Assembly: GCA_965209035.1 (NCBI GenBank)
Contig: OZ242372.1
Span: 224,001-288,000 of the forward strand
Length of the DNA stretch: 64,000 bases
DNA from: Gammaproteobacteria bacterium
GTDB taxonomy: Bacteria > Pseudomonadota > Gammaproteobacteria > CBDBNL01 > JAAOII01
Direction: 5' to 3'
The translations under genes were made by a program, and so were the position numbers. The notes beneath the pieces were generated by a model. That model was not told the origin of the DNA. It ran no database searches and saw only the letters and a program-made list of their open reading frames with translations. This document shows, in pieces, positions 47,907 to 57,821 of the stretch (positions within the stretch are counted from its first letter, which is position 1; the number at the start of each line of letters is the position of its first letter).

Positions 47907-49766
47907 TTATGTCTGTCTCTGCCGGCTCTTACCGGCAAGATTCTTCTTATAAGCCGCAAGCACCGCCTTGGAATCGGATACTTCCGGCACACCCACTTCC
48001 CACCAACAGCCGCCTTCGGTGGTTGTGAGGTCGGCACTCGTATCCAAAAGAATCATATAAACACCGGCGCACCGAACCGAGCGTTTCAAGGCATCGGGCA
48101 GTTCGTTTAAGTTCTCCAATTTTTCCGCCACAGCCCCAAGACTTTCGGCATGCTTCACAAAATCAATTTCAAGTTTGTTCGCATGCGCCGTATTGGGATC
48201 CTGTAACAGATTATTGAATTTCTCGCCGCCGCATCCCTGCTGCAACCGACTGATACAACCAAACCCCCGGTTATCCAAAACAATCAAGTTAATCTTAAGA
48301 CCCATCGCAACAGCCGTAGCAATTTCCGAATTAAGCATCAGGTAACTGCCGTCCCCGACCACTACAAACACCTCGCGTTCCGGGCAAGCCATCTTCACAC
48401 CCAGACCGGCCGCTATCTCATACCCCATACAAGAATAGCCGTATTCCATATGATAATCCTCGCGACTCCGGTTGCGCCAGTGCCTGTGCAATTCCGCGGG
48501 CAGACTGCCGGCGGCACAAACTACCGTAGAATTCTCATCGGCAAAAGTATTCAGAACCCGCACAACCTGCGCATCGCTCGGCAAACCCTTGCCGTCATAA
48601 CGACAAAATCTGTCGGACACGGCATCCCATTCCAACCGCCTTTTTGTCAATGCCGTTTTGTAATCCGCCGAAGTTTGCCAATTCCCGAGTTCCTCCGTCA
48701 GTGCCTTCAAGCCGACCCGGGCATCCGCCAACAGCGGCAGCGCGGTATGCTTAACAGCATCAAAAGTACAACTATTGAGTTGAATAAGCCGCATCTCCGG
48801 ATTCCCAAACAAACTGCGCGAACCTGTGGTGAAGTCCTGTAGCCTGGTACCGACCGCCAAAATAACATCCGCCTCCCCGGCAAAACGATTGGCAACACCG
48901 GTTCCTGTGACGCCGATTGCCCCGACATCATAAGGATCCGCATGCAACATCACGCCCTTCCCCGCCTGTGTCTGTGCCACCGCCACACCATGCTTGGATG
49001 CAAAAGCGGCAAGATCTTCCTCCGCTTGAGAATAAAGAACCCCGCCGCCGGCAATAATCAGCGGCTTCTTTGCATTCCGCATCGCTGTCAGCGCCGCCGC
49101 CAGTTCTCTCGTATCCGGCGAAAGACGGCGTCCGTAACGGACATTCTCCCGGAAAAAATCCAAAGGATAATCATAAGCAAGTGCTTGCACATCCTGCGGC
49201 AAGCAGATGGTCGCCGGTCCCCGACTTTGCGGATCCAACAAAATACTTAATGCCTGCGGCAAACTCTGCAGCAACTGTTCCGGCCGGGTGATCCTGTCCC
49301 AGAAACGGGAAACCGGTCTGAAACAGTCATTAACGGAAATCGTCGGATCCCAACCGCTCTCGCTTTGTTGCAACACCGGGTCCGGCTGTCGCCCGGCAAA
49401 AATGTCGCCGGGTAAAAAAAGCACCGGCAGTCTGTTCACATAGGCAAGCGCGGCGGCGGTCACCATATTGGTGGCGCCCGGTCCTATGGAACTGGTGCAA
49501 AACATCATCCGGCGGCAACGCCTTGCCTTGGCATATGCAATTGCGGCATGCGCCATACTTTGTTCGTTGTGTCCTCTGTAAAGGGGAAGTTCTTTTCTAA
49601 AAGCAAACAGAGCCTCGCCCAGGGCGGGAACATTACCGTGTCCGAAAATACCAAAGCCGCCGGCAAACAGCCGCTCCGATTCTTTGTGTTCGGAATCTGT
49701 ATATATTCTTTGGGATGCCAGGTAACGCACCAGGGCTTGCGCCGCGGTCAATCGAATTGTTTTCAT
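47907..49766 (-). CDS. iolD: THcHDO hydrolase (TPP-dependent)
   Basis: TIRLTAAQALVRYL, IFGHGNV, HNEQ, EYGYSCMGYEIA, GDGSYLM. Confidence 0.96.
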   Translation of the reverse strand: MKTIRLTAAQALVRYLASQRIYTDSEHKESERLFAGGFGIFGHGNVPALGEALFAFRKELPLYRGHNEQSMAHAAIAYAKARRCRRMMFCTSSIGPGATNMVTAAALAYVNRLPVLFLPGDIFAGRQPDPVLQQSESGWDPTISVNDCFRPVSRFWDRITRPEQLLQSLPQALSILLDPQSRGPATICLPQDVQALAYDYPLDFFRENVRYGRRLSPDTRELAAALTAMRNAKKPLIIAGGGVLYSQAEEDLAAFASKHGVAVAQTQAGKGVMLHADPYDVGAIGVTGTGVANRFAGEADVILAVGTRLQDFTTGSRSLFGNPEMRLIQLNSCTFDAVKHTALPLLADARVGLKALTEELGNWQTSADYKTALTKRRLEWDAVSDRFCRYDGKGLPSDAQVVRVLNTFADENSTVVCAAGSLPAELHRHWRNRSREDYHMEYGYSCMGYEIAAGLGVKMACPEREVFVVVGDGSYLMLNSEIATAVAMGLKINLIVLDNRGFGCISRLQQGCGGEKFNNLLQDPNTAHANKLEIDFVKHAESLGAVAEKLENLNELPDALKRSVRCAGVYMILLDTSADLTTTEGGCWWEVGVPEVSDSKAVLAAYKKNLAGKSRQRQT

Positions 49767-49778
49767 ATTTTTAGGGAA

Positions 49779-50036
49779 TTATATACAATACTCCCTAAAT
49801 TGCCAATCATCTTTCCTTGCTTTTGTATTCTTTTTATTTAATTCCACATCCGGGATCCGATAAGAAATATTTTTGGAGATAATACGATCATGATTCAATG
49901 CCGCCGTAACGATTTCTTCTAATTTCTTTGCTTCTTTTTTAGGAAGTTTTATAGTGTTTTGAATGGAATCAAACCTATTTCCAACAAAATAACACCTTAT
50001 TTGACGACAATCACACCTTTGAAAGTAATCGGACAA
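49779..50036 (-). pseudogene. Degraded hypothetical passenger ORF
   Basis: Open frame without a clean start, running into the TIR. Confidence 0.3.
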
Positions 50037-50048
50037 TACTCTACATTG

Positions 50049-50398
50049 TTATTCATCTTTACCGCCATCTAAGCTTGCCCCCGCAACAAAACCAATTGTT
50101 AAACTGATAATATTAAACCCTCCGTAAATGACGATGGTAATAAGTTCAAATAAGCCCGAATCTTTTCCTAACTTGCTATAAGCCACTAAAATAAAACTTC
50201 CAAGCAAAACTAACCCAAACATAAAAACAACAATAACCTATATGCTATAAAAAGTTTTTGTTTGCCTGTCCAAAAAGTGCTGTCACAAAAACAATCGCGA
50301 AGGAAGTTTAGCGCGCCATATTTTACTTTGTTCGTTGAGTTTGGTGACAAAGGGCCTTCATTTGATTTTGTTTGATCTTTTTCTTGCGAATGATTCAT
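50049..50398 (-). pseudogene. Frameshifted two-TM membrane protein downstream of the Panacea gene
   Basis: ORF 50210..50398 overlaps the Panacea stop; a second frame continues VIVVFMFGLVLLGSFILVAY...FELITIVIYGGFNIISLTIGFVAGASLDGGKDE*. Confidence 0.5.
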
Positions 50399-50880
50399 TA
50401 CTTTTCTGTGATATATTCGTCTTTTATTTTTTTGTAAGGACCATCAATAGTTAAAGTTTTAGCATACGGACTGCCGATAGAATGGGTAATATTCGTTAGG
50501 CGAGAAGCGGTAAAATCTCCATAGTCATTTAAAACATTTTCCAAATGACTCATCATTTTTTGACCGCCCAAATGCTCTTGTTTTTCTTCATACCCTCTTA
50601 CAGCCCCATCAAATAAGATCGGTTTCAACGAATAATATTTAAAATAATACATAATTTCCAGTATAACCGGTCCGTAATTCCAAGCACTAAAAACATTCGG
50701 GGTGCTGCGAAACGGGTTATCCGAACCTTCATCTCTTAAACAAGCACGATACCAAAGATATAGCAATTTTTGTATTTTTGTTTGATTCATATCAATATTC
50801 CTTTCCTTCGCTCTTACTAATAGAGTATTAATCGCAAGAACAAATTCCTTTGTTAAAAGATTACTTCGTTTAACTTCCAT
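50398..50880 (-). CDS. Panacea/SocA (DUF4065) domain antitoxin-like protein
   Basis: KIQKLLYL, FSAWNYGPVI, YGDFTASRLTNITHS.GSPY motifs. Confidence 0.85.
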   Translation of the reverse strand: MEVKRSNLLTKEFVLAINTLLVRAKERNIDMNQTKIQKLLYLWYRACLRDEGSDNPFRSTPNVFSAWNYGPVILEIMYYFKYYSLKPILFDGAVRGYEEKQEHLGGQKMMSHLENVLNDYGDFTASRLTNITHSIGSPYAKTLTIDGPYKKIKDEYITEK

Positions 50881-50890
50881 ATGACATATC

Positions 50891-51094
50891 CTATTTCACT
50901 AAATCACAATACTTAATCCGCTTGCCGCGAAACGCTACACAAAAGGACTTCAATCTATCTACGGTGTCAATCGCACAGTTGCCCTCATCAGGCACCATCT
51001 TCATAAATTGAAAAACACTAATGGCTTTCGCTATTTGTTTTTCTTCTCTTATCTTCATAGTGGTATAAATATTATTATACGATAAAGTATTCAC
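50891..51094 (-). pseudogene. Internally deleted IS1595-family transposase remnant
   Basis: N-terminal ISVFQFMKMVPDE fused in frame to C-terminal GNCAIDTVDRL...GKRIKYCDLV; zinc finger and DDE core absent. Confidence 0.75.
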
Positions 51095-51204
51095 TTTTTA
51101 AAGGTTGAGGAGTATTGTATATAATTCCCTAAATTTAATCTCACTTTGCGGTTGCCTCGCTGCCTCGATGCCGCGATACCACACCGCAGATTCGCATTCG
51201 CATC

Positions 51205-53214
51205 TCATCGGCGACGGCGAGCGGCATGCTCGGCGGGTCGCGCCCCTGTCCAAATGTCTGTCAAGCGCAAGAAATTTTCCGATATCACGCGCACCGTCTC
51301 ATCCGCATCCGTTTCTTTTTGAAACCAAGAAAGAATCGGCGCGCCAAAAATACTTCTGCCAACGGCAAAACCCCGGCATTCGGGTTGCCGGGCGGCAATT
51401 TCTATGTCTTTTTGCAGATCTTCTATCGGTTTGTCTTTCCCGAGTAACAGCACACCGCAACAATGCGGGTCCCCGCGATTAATCACGGAACGGACATCAT
51501 CCCAATGCCCCGCAGATAAGCCGGGCAACTTCCACCAATCGGGGAAGATATCTCTTTTGTAAACTTCCTCCATTCCGCGCAACACTTCTTCGCCTTCTTC
51601 CCGAGCCGCCAAAGGATCCCGCGGCAGAATTTCCAATAACAATCTGTGCCGGGAATGCTCGCAGGCACGATAAAGTTGCCAAACTCTTTTCAATTGCAGT
51701 GCGCGCAGATGCGCCTCCTCGTCGCTCTTATAAAAAAACAAACACTTCACCAAATGCGATGCCGGAAAACTTTCAACCACATGTGCGATCGGCTCGGAAA
51801 AATCAAACTCCAAAGGATAGGATTTCGGCTTCTCTACCGGTCTGGCAATCCAAATCGGCTCTCCGGCAAGCCCAATATCCCCGCCAAGCCCGGTAGCCTG
51901 TCGCAACACATCTTCGCCGTATCTGCCGTCACAGATTAAGCCGGGTTTTAAGGATTTCTCTGTCGTTATGTTCTTCTTTGCCATTACAAACGCCTGCCAA
52001 ATCAACTTCTTGCCTTCCGCGATAGCGGCATCCGCGGGCGACAAACCCGCCTTAGCCGCCATCTCCTCAAATTGCAAACGATGGTCAAACGCCAGAATAC
52101 AGAAATCGCCGGCGCCGGCATCTCCCGCACCCGGTCTGTGCTGTCCCGTGGTTGCGTTATGCAAACGCCGAAAAGCCGGCGCGTGATCCGGAATGGCGGG
52201 CAATTGATCGCGCCGGGACATAAAATAATCCAGTTCCGGCACAGACGGAGATTCGGGGGAACATCCGTGCCTGCTCACCACAAGGGCACCCGAAGCATTG
52301 CCTTTGGTGGCACAGGTTTCCCAATCTTCGCCGCGCAAATAAGCGGACAAAAAGCCGCTCATAAACGCATCCCCCGCCCCGACCGTGTTCACAATCCCGA
52401 CCTTAAAAGACCGCCCGTTCGGCGAGAATTTTGCGGGAACCTCGCCGTCATCAATCACACAGCATCCCAATGCCCCCATCTTAAAAACAAGCGTAGCATC
52501 GGTCAGGGCGCGCACATTTTTCAGGGAAGCATAAGGATCTTCGCTGCCGCCCGCTATGTTGAATTCCTCATCCGTGCCGACTATCAGATCGCACATAGGA
52601 AGAATTTTTTGAATATTTTGAGTCACCTCCCGGTTTGCCACAAAGCGATTCTCCCCCTCACCCAAGTCCGTCAACCCCCAAAGGACGGGACGATAATCAA
52701 TATCAAAAATGATCCGGGTGCCGGCCGCGCGCGCCGCCTCTGCCGCCTTAAACAAAGCCTGTGCCGTTTCGGGTGCGGAAAGATGCACCCCGCTCAAAAG
52801 AATGGCCTTACTCTTGCCAATTGCCTCAACGGGGATATCCTCCCGACATAAGCCCATGTCCGCGCAATCCTTGCGATAATACAACAGCGGAAAGGTTTGA
52901 GAATCGCGAATGCTCAGCAGAACAAGCGTGGTTAAGCGTTTGTCATCGCGGCGAATGAACCGCGTATCCACTCCTTCACAGGCAAAGGTCTTAATCAGAT
53001 ACTCGCCCATCTGCTCCTTACCGACGCGCGAAACCATCGCCACTCGCAGTCCCAGCCGGGAGGTCCCTATGGCGATATTGGCGGGACAACCGCCGACATA
53101 CTTATTGAAAGAAAGGGCATCCTCCAGACCGCCTCCCAGTTGGTTTGAGTACAGATCCACGCCGCATCTGCCGATGCTAATCAGATCATAGTCCGTTTCC
53201 GGTGTTCGCTTCAT
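51205..53214 (-). CDS. iolC: 5-dehydro-2-deoxygluconokinase fused to DUF2090 aldolase-like domain
   Basis: GRCGVDLY, GGCPANIA, DYRPVLW, GAGDAF, LAFDHR, PDWWKL, GFAVGRSIF. Confidence 0.95.
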   Translation of the reverse strand: MKRTPETDYDLISIGRCGVDLYSNQLGGGLEDALSFNKYVGGCPANIAIGTSRLGLRVAMVSRVGKEQMGEYLIKTFACEGVDTRFIRRDDKRLTTLVLLSIRDSQTFPLLYYRKDCADMGLCREDIPVEAIGKSKAILLSGVHLSAPETAQALFKAAEAARAAGTRIIFDIDYRPVLWGLTDLGEGENRFVANREVTQNIQKILPMCDLIVGTDEEFNIAGGSEDPYASLKNVRALTDATLVFKMGALGCCVIDDGEVPAKFSPNGRSFKVGIVNTVGAGDAFMSGFLSAYLRGEDWETCATKGNASGALVVSRHGCSPESPSVPELDYFMSRRDQLPAIPDHAPAFRRLHNATTGQHRPGAGDAGAGDFCILAFDHRLQFEEMAAKAGLSPADAAIAEGKKLIWQAFVMAKKNITTEKSLKPGLICDGRYGEDVLRQATGLGGDIGLAGEPIWIARPVEKPKSYPLEFDFSEPIAHVVESFPASHLVKCLFFYKSDEEAHLRALQLKRVWQLYRACEHSRHRLLLEILPRDPLAAREEGEEVLRGMEEVYKRDIFPDWWKLPGLSAGHWDDVRSVINRGDPHCCGVLLLGKDKPIEDLQKDIEIAARQPECRGFAVGRSIFGAPILSWFQKETDADETVRVISENFLRLTDIWTGARPAEHAARRRR

Positions 53215-53263
53215 TCGTTACTCGTTACTCGTTTTTCGGTATCGCCTTCAACAAACACAAGTC

Positions 53264-54448
53264 TTATTTGTCTCGTCCCTGTCTCTGTCCGTTTTTTACT
53301 TGTATCCAAGAGGACTTCTCGGCGGAAGTCACCATAGATTCTATGACGCGTTGCACCCCCAATCCGAACTCCAGATCCGCGATGGGTTTGTGTTGCGGAT
53401 CCAGTATGGCGGAAATGAACTCACCCGCCTGAATCGTGACAAAGTTATTAAAACTCAACCCGTGGCCGGCAGCCGGACAAAAATACTTGTAAAAGCGATG
53501 TTCCGGGCCGATCAAAATACGCCTGTAGCCTTCCGTGCGCGCATCCTTGTCCCGCAGATGAACCGATACTTGGTTTAGGTTTTCCTGGTCCAATAACAAT
53601 GCCCCCTTGCTGCCGTGAATCTCCAACCGCAGATATAGTTTCCGACCGCTGGCAACATTTGCTGTCTGAAAAATCCCGCTCGGCCCCCCGGCATACTTGA
53701 TAATCGCATGGGCAATGTTATCGGTCGTCACCGGCAGCATATTGCCTTGCATATCCCGTCTTTGACGCACCGACCGACATCGCATCGCCGCCAAAGATTC
53801 GGGCATCCCTAACAGTTTCAGCAAAAGAGCAATTAAGTGATACCCCAGATCGGCGAGCGCTCCCAGATAGGCTCTTTTCTCATCACAACGCCATGTATAT
53901 AAAGCATTCGGATCGCTCATATAGTCCTGATTATGATGCGCCGAAAACGAGTAGATCTCTCCCAACTTGCCTTCCTCTATTAATTCTTTCATCAAGAATA
54001 CCGCCGGGTTTGCCAGGTAGGTAAAGCCCACCGCATTTGCCACCCGCGTCTCTCGCGCCTTTGCGACCAGATTCACACACTCATCGGTGCTCATCGCAAT
54101 CGGCTTCTCGCACAGGACATGCTTGCCCGCTTCCATCGCGAACAACGCTTGCTCGTAATGCTCCCAATCTTCCGAACCGATCAAAACCGCATCCACATCC
54201 GGGTCCTCAAGCATCTTGCGCCAATCGCCATAATGTTTTACAACCCCATAACGGGCGGCAAAGTCCGCCGCGCGGGCTGCGGTGCGCGAACTTACCGCAA
54301 ACAAACAAACATTCGTATTTAATTGAAAGGTCTCGGCAACCGTATCAAAAGCCACCGCAAAGGCGCGGGCAATGAAACCGGTGCCGATAACGGCAACATT
54401 AATGGTCTTCTTGTCAGTCGGTTTCATTTGCCGGAAATGTAAACCCAA
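53264..54448 (-). CDS. Gfo/Idh/MocA-family oxidoreductase
   Basis: IGTGFIA, HVLCEKP, VGFTY, GALADLGYH. Confidence 0.9.
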   Translation of the reverse strand: MGLHFRQMKPTDKKTINVAVIGTGFIARAFAVAFDTVAETFQLNTNVCLFAVSSRTAARAADFAARYGVVKHYGDWRKMLEDPDVDAVLIGSEDWEHYEQALFAMEAGKHVLCEKPIAMSTDECVNLVAKARETRVANAVGFTYLANPAVFLMKELIEEGKLGEIYSFSAHHNQDYMSDPNALYTWRCDEKRAYLGALADLGYHLIALLLKLLGMPESLAAMRCRSVRQRRDMQGNMLPVTTDNIAHAIIKYAGGPSGIFQTANVASGRKLYLRLEIHGSKGALLLDQENLNQVSVHLRDKDARTEGYRRILIGPEHRFYKYFCPAAGHGLSFNNFVTIQAGEFISAILDPQHKPIADLEFGLGVQRVIESMVTSAEKSSWIQVKNGQRQGRDK

Positions 54449-55635
54449 GAATTACTGTCCGCGGACTGAACCATTGCATCCGTGATGCTCTGCACCCCCT
54501 TGCCAAAATGCAGATCGGCAATCACCCGATCTCTCCCCGTAACGATGGATTCCGCGAAACAACCGTCTTGAATGATTAAAAGATCATTAAAACCCAGCCC
54601 GTGAGCGGGAGCGGGACAAAACTTGGAAAAATACTGATGCTGGGGACCGATAAAAATTCGCTTAAATCCTTCCTGTTGTCGGTCGTCTTGTCGCAGGTAA
54701 AGTTGAATTGTATTCATATCTTCCATATCAATCAAAAGGCTTCCCAGACTGCCGTTAATTTCTATCCAAATGAACTGATCCCTGCCCGTCGCCACACGAC
54801 TGACCTGAATCACCCCCGCAAGATCCTCATCATAACGAATAATGGCATTTGCCATATCATCCGAGGTCACCCGTTTCATTTGAGGGTCATTCTTGCCACC
54901 CCGTTTCTCCGTTTGCCGGGCGGTGTCGTCTCCGGCGGCCGCATTGATGCTGCGTGTCCCGCTCGCCGAACTCACCCGGCGTTGCGGAACCTTAATTTCG
55001 CGATTCGCAATTAACGATTCCGGCATACCCAGCAAGGACAACAGATAGCCCGCCACATGATAGCCAAGATCCGCCGTGGTGCCGGAACCGGCAATCTTCT
55101 CGTCACAGTGCCAGTGAAACGGCAGGTCCGGATCGCTCAGATGATCCTCATTGAAATAGGCGGTAAAGCCGTATAGTCTTCCCAACTTATTCCCGGCAAG
55201 AAGTTCCTTCGCCATAAATATGGCGGGATTGGCAAGATAAGTTAACCCCACCGCATGCCGCACGCCCTGTTTTTCCGCCAATTCACAAAGGTGCGTACAC
55301 TCGCGCAGGCTCATCGTAATCGGTTTTTCGCAAATGATATGCTTCCCCGCCAAGATGGCAGCCTTCGCCTGCTCAAAATGCAGGTAAGGCGGCGTCCCGA
55401 TCACAACGGCATTCACAGCCGGGTCGTCGATGAGAGCCCGCCAATCCTTGCAGATCTTGCGGCAATTAAAGCGTCTTGCAAAACGCTCCGCTTCTGCCGG
55501 AATATCCGAGCAGATTGCCCCAAAAGAAATATCCGCATCAATATCCATGATCTTGGCGGCGGAATTTAACGCCAGTGCGTGGGCGTTTGAGATGTAACCC
55601 GCGCCGATAAAACCGAAACAAAGGTTTTTCTTCAC
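54424..55635 (-). CDS. Gfo/Idh/MocA-family oxidoreductase
   Basis: IGAGYI, HIICEKP, DLGYH, SRVATGR, HGLGFNDL. Confidence 0.9.
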   Translation of the reverse strand: MKKNLCFGFIGAGYISNAHALALNSAAKIMDIDADISFGAICSDIPAEAERFARRFNCRKICKDWRALIDDPAVNAVVIGTPPYLHFEQAKAAILAGKHIICEKPITMSLRECTHLCELAEKQGVRHAVGLTYLANPAIFMAKELLAGNKLGRLYGFTAYFNEDHLSDPDLPFHWHCDEKIAGSGTTADLGYHVAGYLLSLLGMPESLIANREIKVPQRRVSSASGTRSINAAAGDDTARQTEKRGGKNDPQMKRVTSDDMANAIIRYDEDLAGVIQVSRVATGRDQFIWIEINGSLGSLLIDMEDMNTIQLYLRQDDRQQEGFKRIFIGPQHQYFSKFCPAPAHGLGFNDLLIIQDGCFAESIVTGRDRVIADLHFGKGVQSITDAMVQSADSNSWVYISGK

Positions 55636-55806
55636 CCTATTATTAATTGTTAATTGTTATTAAGAATCACCGGTTAGCGTTGAAAACTGAAATCCGAAAT
55701 CCGGATAGATGCCGAGCCGAATCGTCCGTGCCACCCCTATTGCCAGCATTACCCGGCTATTTGGTGTCGGCAAAAGTTGCCGGAAACGCAACAGGCAAAA
55801 AAAAGA

Positions 55807-56625
55807 TCAGTGCTTCTTTTGAGGAGAAGCATCCGACTCGTCGCCGCCTATCTCCCTCAGTTCGCGTTCCAACTCCTTAAGTTCGGCACCGCCCGCCATC
55901 ATTTCAAGAAGTTGCGCTTCGCTAATCTCTTCCTTATGGTAAAAACCGAGACTCTTGCCGCGATTCAACAAAGTAAAATCTTCGCCTATCGGAAACGCAT
56001 GATGGACATTGTGTGTAATGAGAATCACTCCTATGCCCTTGGCCCTCGCGCGGGCAACAAACTTCAGCACCAGACCGGACTGCTTGACACCCAGAGCGGC
56101 TGTCGGCTCGTCCAGAATTAACACCTTGGCGCCAAAGTAAATGGCACGGGCGATCGCCAAACACTGACGCTCGCCGCCGGACATGGTGCCGACCGCCTGT
56201 TCCGGGTCGCGAATCTTGATACCGATTTCCGCCATTTTTTCTTTGGCGATTCGGTTCGCCTTTTCCATATCCAACACACTGATGGGCCCGTATTTCTTAA
56301 CCGGCTCCCGTCCCATAAAAAAGTTGCGGGAAATACTCATCAGCGGGATCAACGCCAGGTCCTGATAAACCACTCCTATACCCATGTCCAAAGCATCGCG
56401 CGGAGAATTAAAGTTCATCTTCTTTCCTTCCATGTAAATTGCCCCCTCGCTGGGTTTATGCACACCCGCCAGGGTCTTAATCAACGTGGACTTGCCGGCG
56501 CCGTTATCTCCCAACAAGCAACAAACGCAGCCGCCCGATTCAAGAGAAAACGAAATATCTTTTAGCGCGATGACCGAGCCAAAATATTTACTGACATTTC
56601 TAAACTCAATTAATGGTGTACTCAT
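55807..56625 (-). CDS. Sugar (inositol) ABC transporter ATP-binding protein
   Basis: [26 protein letters not shown]. Confidence 0.94.
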   Translation of the reverse strand: MSTPLIEFRNVSKYFGSVIALKDISFSLESGGCVCCLLGDNGAGKSTLIKTLAGVHKPSEGAIYMEGKKMNFNSPRDALDMGIGVVYQDLALIPLMSISRNFFMGREPVKKYGPISVLDMEKANRIAKEKMAEIGIKIRDPEQAVGTMSGGERQCLAIARAIYFGAKVLILDEPTAALGVKQSGLVLKFVARARAKGIGVILITHNVHHAFPIGEDFTLLNRGKSLGFYHKEEISEAQLLEMMAGGAELKELERELREIGGDESDASPQKKH

Positions 56626-56630
56626 AATAA

Positions 56631-57755
56631 TTACCTCGCTTCGGTTACTCGTTTACGCACAAAATCATTAAATATGACGGCAATGAGCATCATCACCCCC
56701 AGAAAAACGCGAAACCAATCCGTATCTATGCCCGTATAAAAAATCCCCGCCTGCACTGTGCCAAAAATCAACGCGCCCAAGGCCGCGCCCACCGCGCTTC
56801 CATATCCGCCGGTCAGCAGGGTCCCGCCGATCACAGTGGCAATAATCGCCTCAAACTCTTTGAGAACGCCGCGTTGTGTATCCGCGGATCCTGCGCCCAT
56901 CACCTGAACACACGCAAAAATAGTCGCCGCCATAGCCGTGATAATAAAAAGAATGATCTTCACTCTGTTCACCGGAACGCCGACATTACGGGCGGCATTG
57001 GCATCGCCGCCGACTGCAAAAATCCAGTTCCCAAACTTGGTGCGCAGCAACACCCAGGTCGCCACAAGGGTAAAAACAAGCCAGATCATCACCGACATCG
57101 GAATACCCGCCACTATGGGCTGATCGTTATTCAGGGTCTCTATCATCCCCCATTTTGCCAGGGCCGTAAAGAGACCTTGAAAAAGATCCGCATCAAAAAA
57201 CCTGCCCAGAAAATCCTTTTCCACATGCTCCGTCAACCCGCTAATCTGGGTGCGCCCCGTAATCAAACGAGTCAAAGCAATCGTCAGACCGCGCAGTATA
57301 AAAAGCATTGCCAGAGTCACAATGAACGATGGCAACTTGGTTCTGATCACCAGCATACCGTTGATATAGCCCACCATCACGGCACAGCCAAAGGCAAAGA
57401 AAATGGAAGACCAAAGCGGCCATCCCCAAACCGTTGTCGGTATTGCAATGCAAATACCCGCAAACCCTATCATAGAGCCTACCGACAGATCAAACTCTCC
57501 GCCGATCATCAACAAGGCGGCCGCAACCGCTATGATGCCCAACTCAGCCGACCATTCCAAAAAATTAATAGTGCCAAGGGCGGAAAACATCCCGGTCCCT
57601 CCTTGGGCAACTTCCAATATCCCGAAAAACAGAAAAACCAACATCGTGCCGGCTAAAGCGCCGAACTCCGGCCGATTCAGCAGTTTCCTAAACAAGGAAA
57701 TCTTACGAACCCGCTCGTCTGTGTTGTTATTGCTTACCGAAGCCGTATCTTGCAT
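56631..57755 (-). CDS. Sugar (inositol) ABC transporter permease
   Basis: [37 protein letters not shown]. Confidence 0.94.
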   Translation of the reverse strand: MQDTASVSNNNTDERVRKISLFRKLLNRPEFGALAGTMLVFLFFGILEVAQGGTGMFSALGTINFLEWSAELGIIAVAAALLMIGGEFDLSVGSMIGFAGICIAIPTTVWGWPLWSSIFFAFGCAVMVGYINGMLVIRTKLPSFIVTLAMLFILRGLTIALTRLITGRTQISGLTEHVEKDFLGRFFDADLFQGLFTALAKWGMIETLNNDQPIVAGIPMSVMIWLVFTLVATWVLLRTKFGNWIFAVGGDANAARNVGVPVNRVKIILFIITAMAATIFACVQVMGAGSADTQRGVLKEFEAIIATVIGGTLLTGGYGSAVGAALGALIFGTVQAGIFYTGIDTDWFRVFLGVMMLIAVIFNDFVRKRVTEAR

Positions 57756-57779
57756 GATTTTTTTGTAATTGTTAAAAAA

Positions 57780-57809
57780 GAAGAGGGGACCCATATGGGT
57801 CCCTTCTTC
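57780..57809. terminator. Intergenic hairpin between binding-protein and permease genes (stabiliser or attenuator)
   Basis: gaagaggggaccc-atat-gggtcccttctt. Confidence 0.6.
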
Positions 57810-57821
57810 AGATGTCAAAGA

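Larger units (their letters stand above)
49774..51129 (-). mobile_element. Non-autonomous IS1595-family (ISNwi1-like) element with passenger genes
   Basis: Perfect inverted repeats gggaattatatacaatactcc (49774-49794) / ggagtattgtatataattccc (51109-51129); AT-rich interior; internally deleted transposase; 8-bp flanks tattttta/taaattta resemble a degenerate TSD. Confidence 0.85.
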
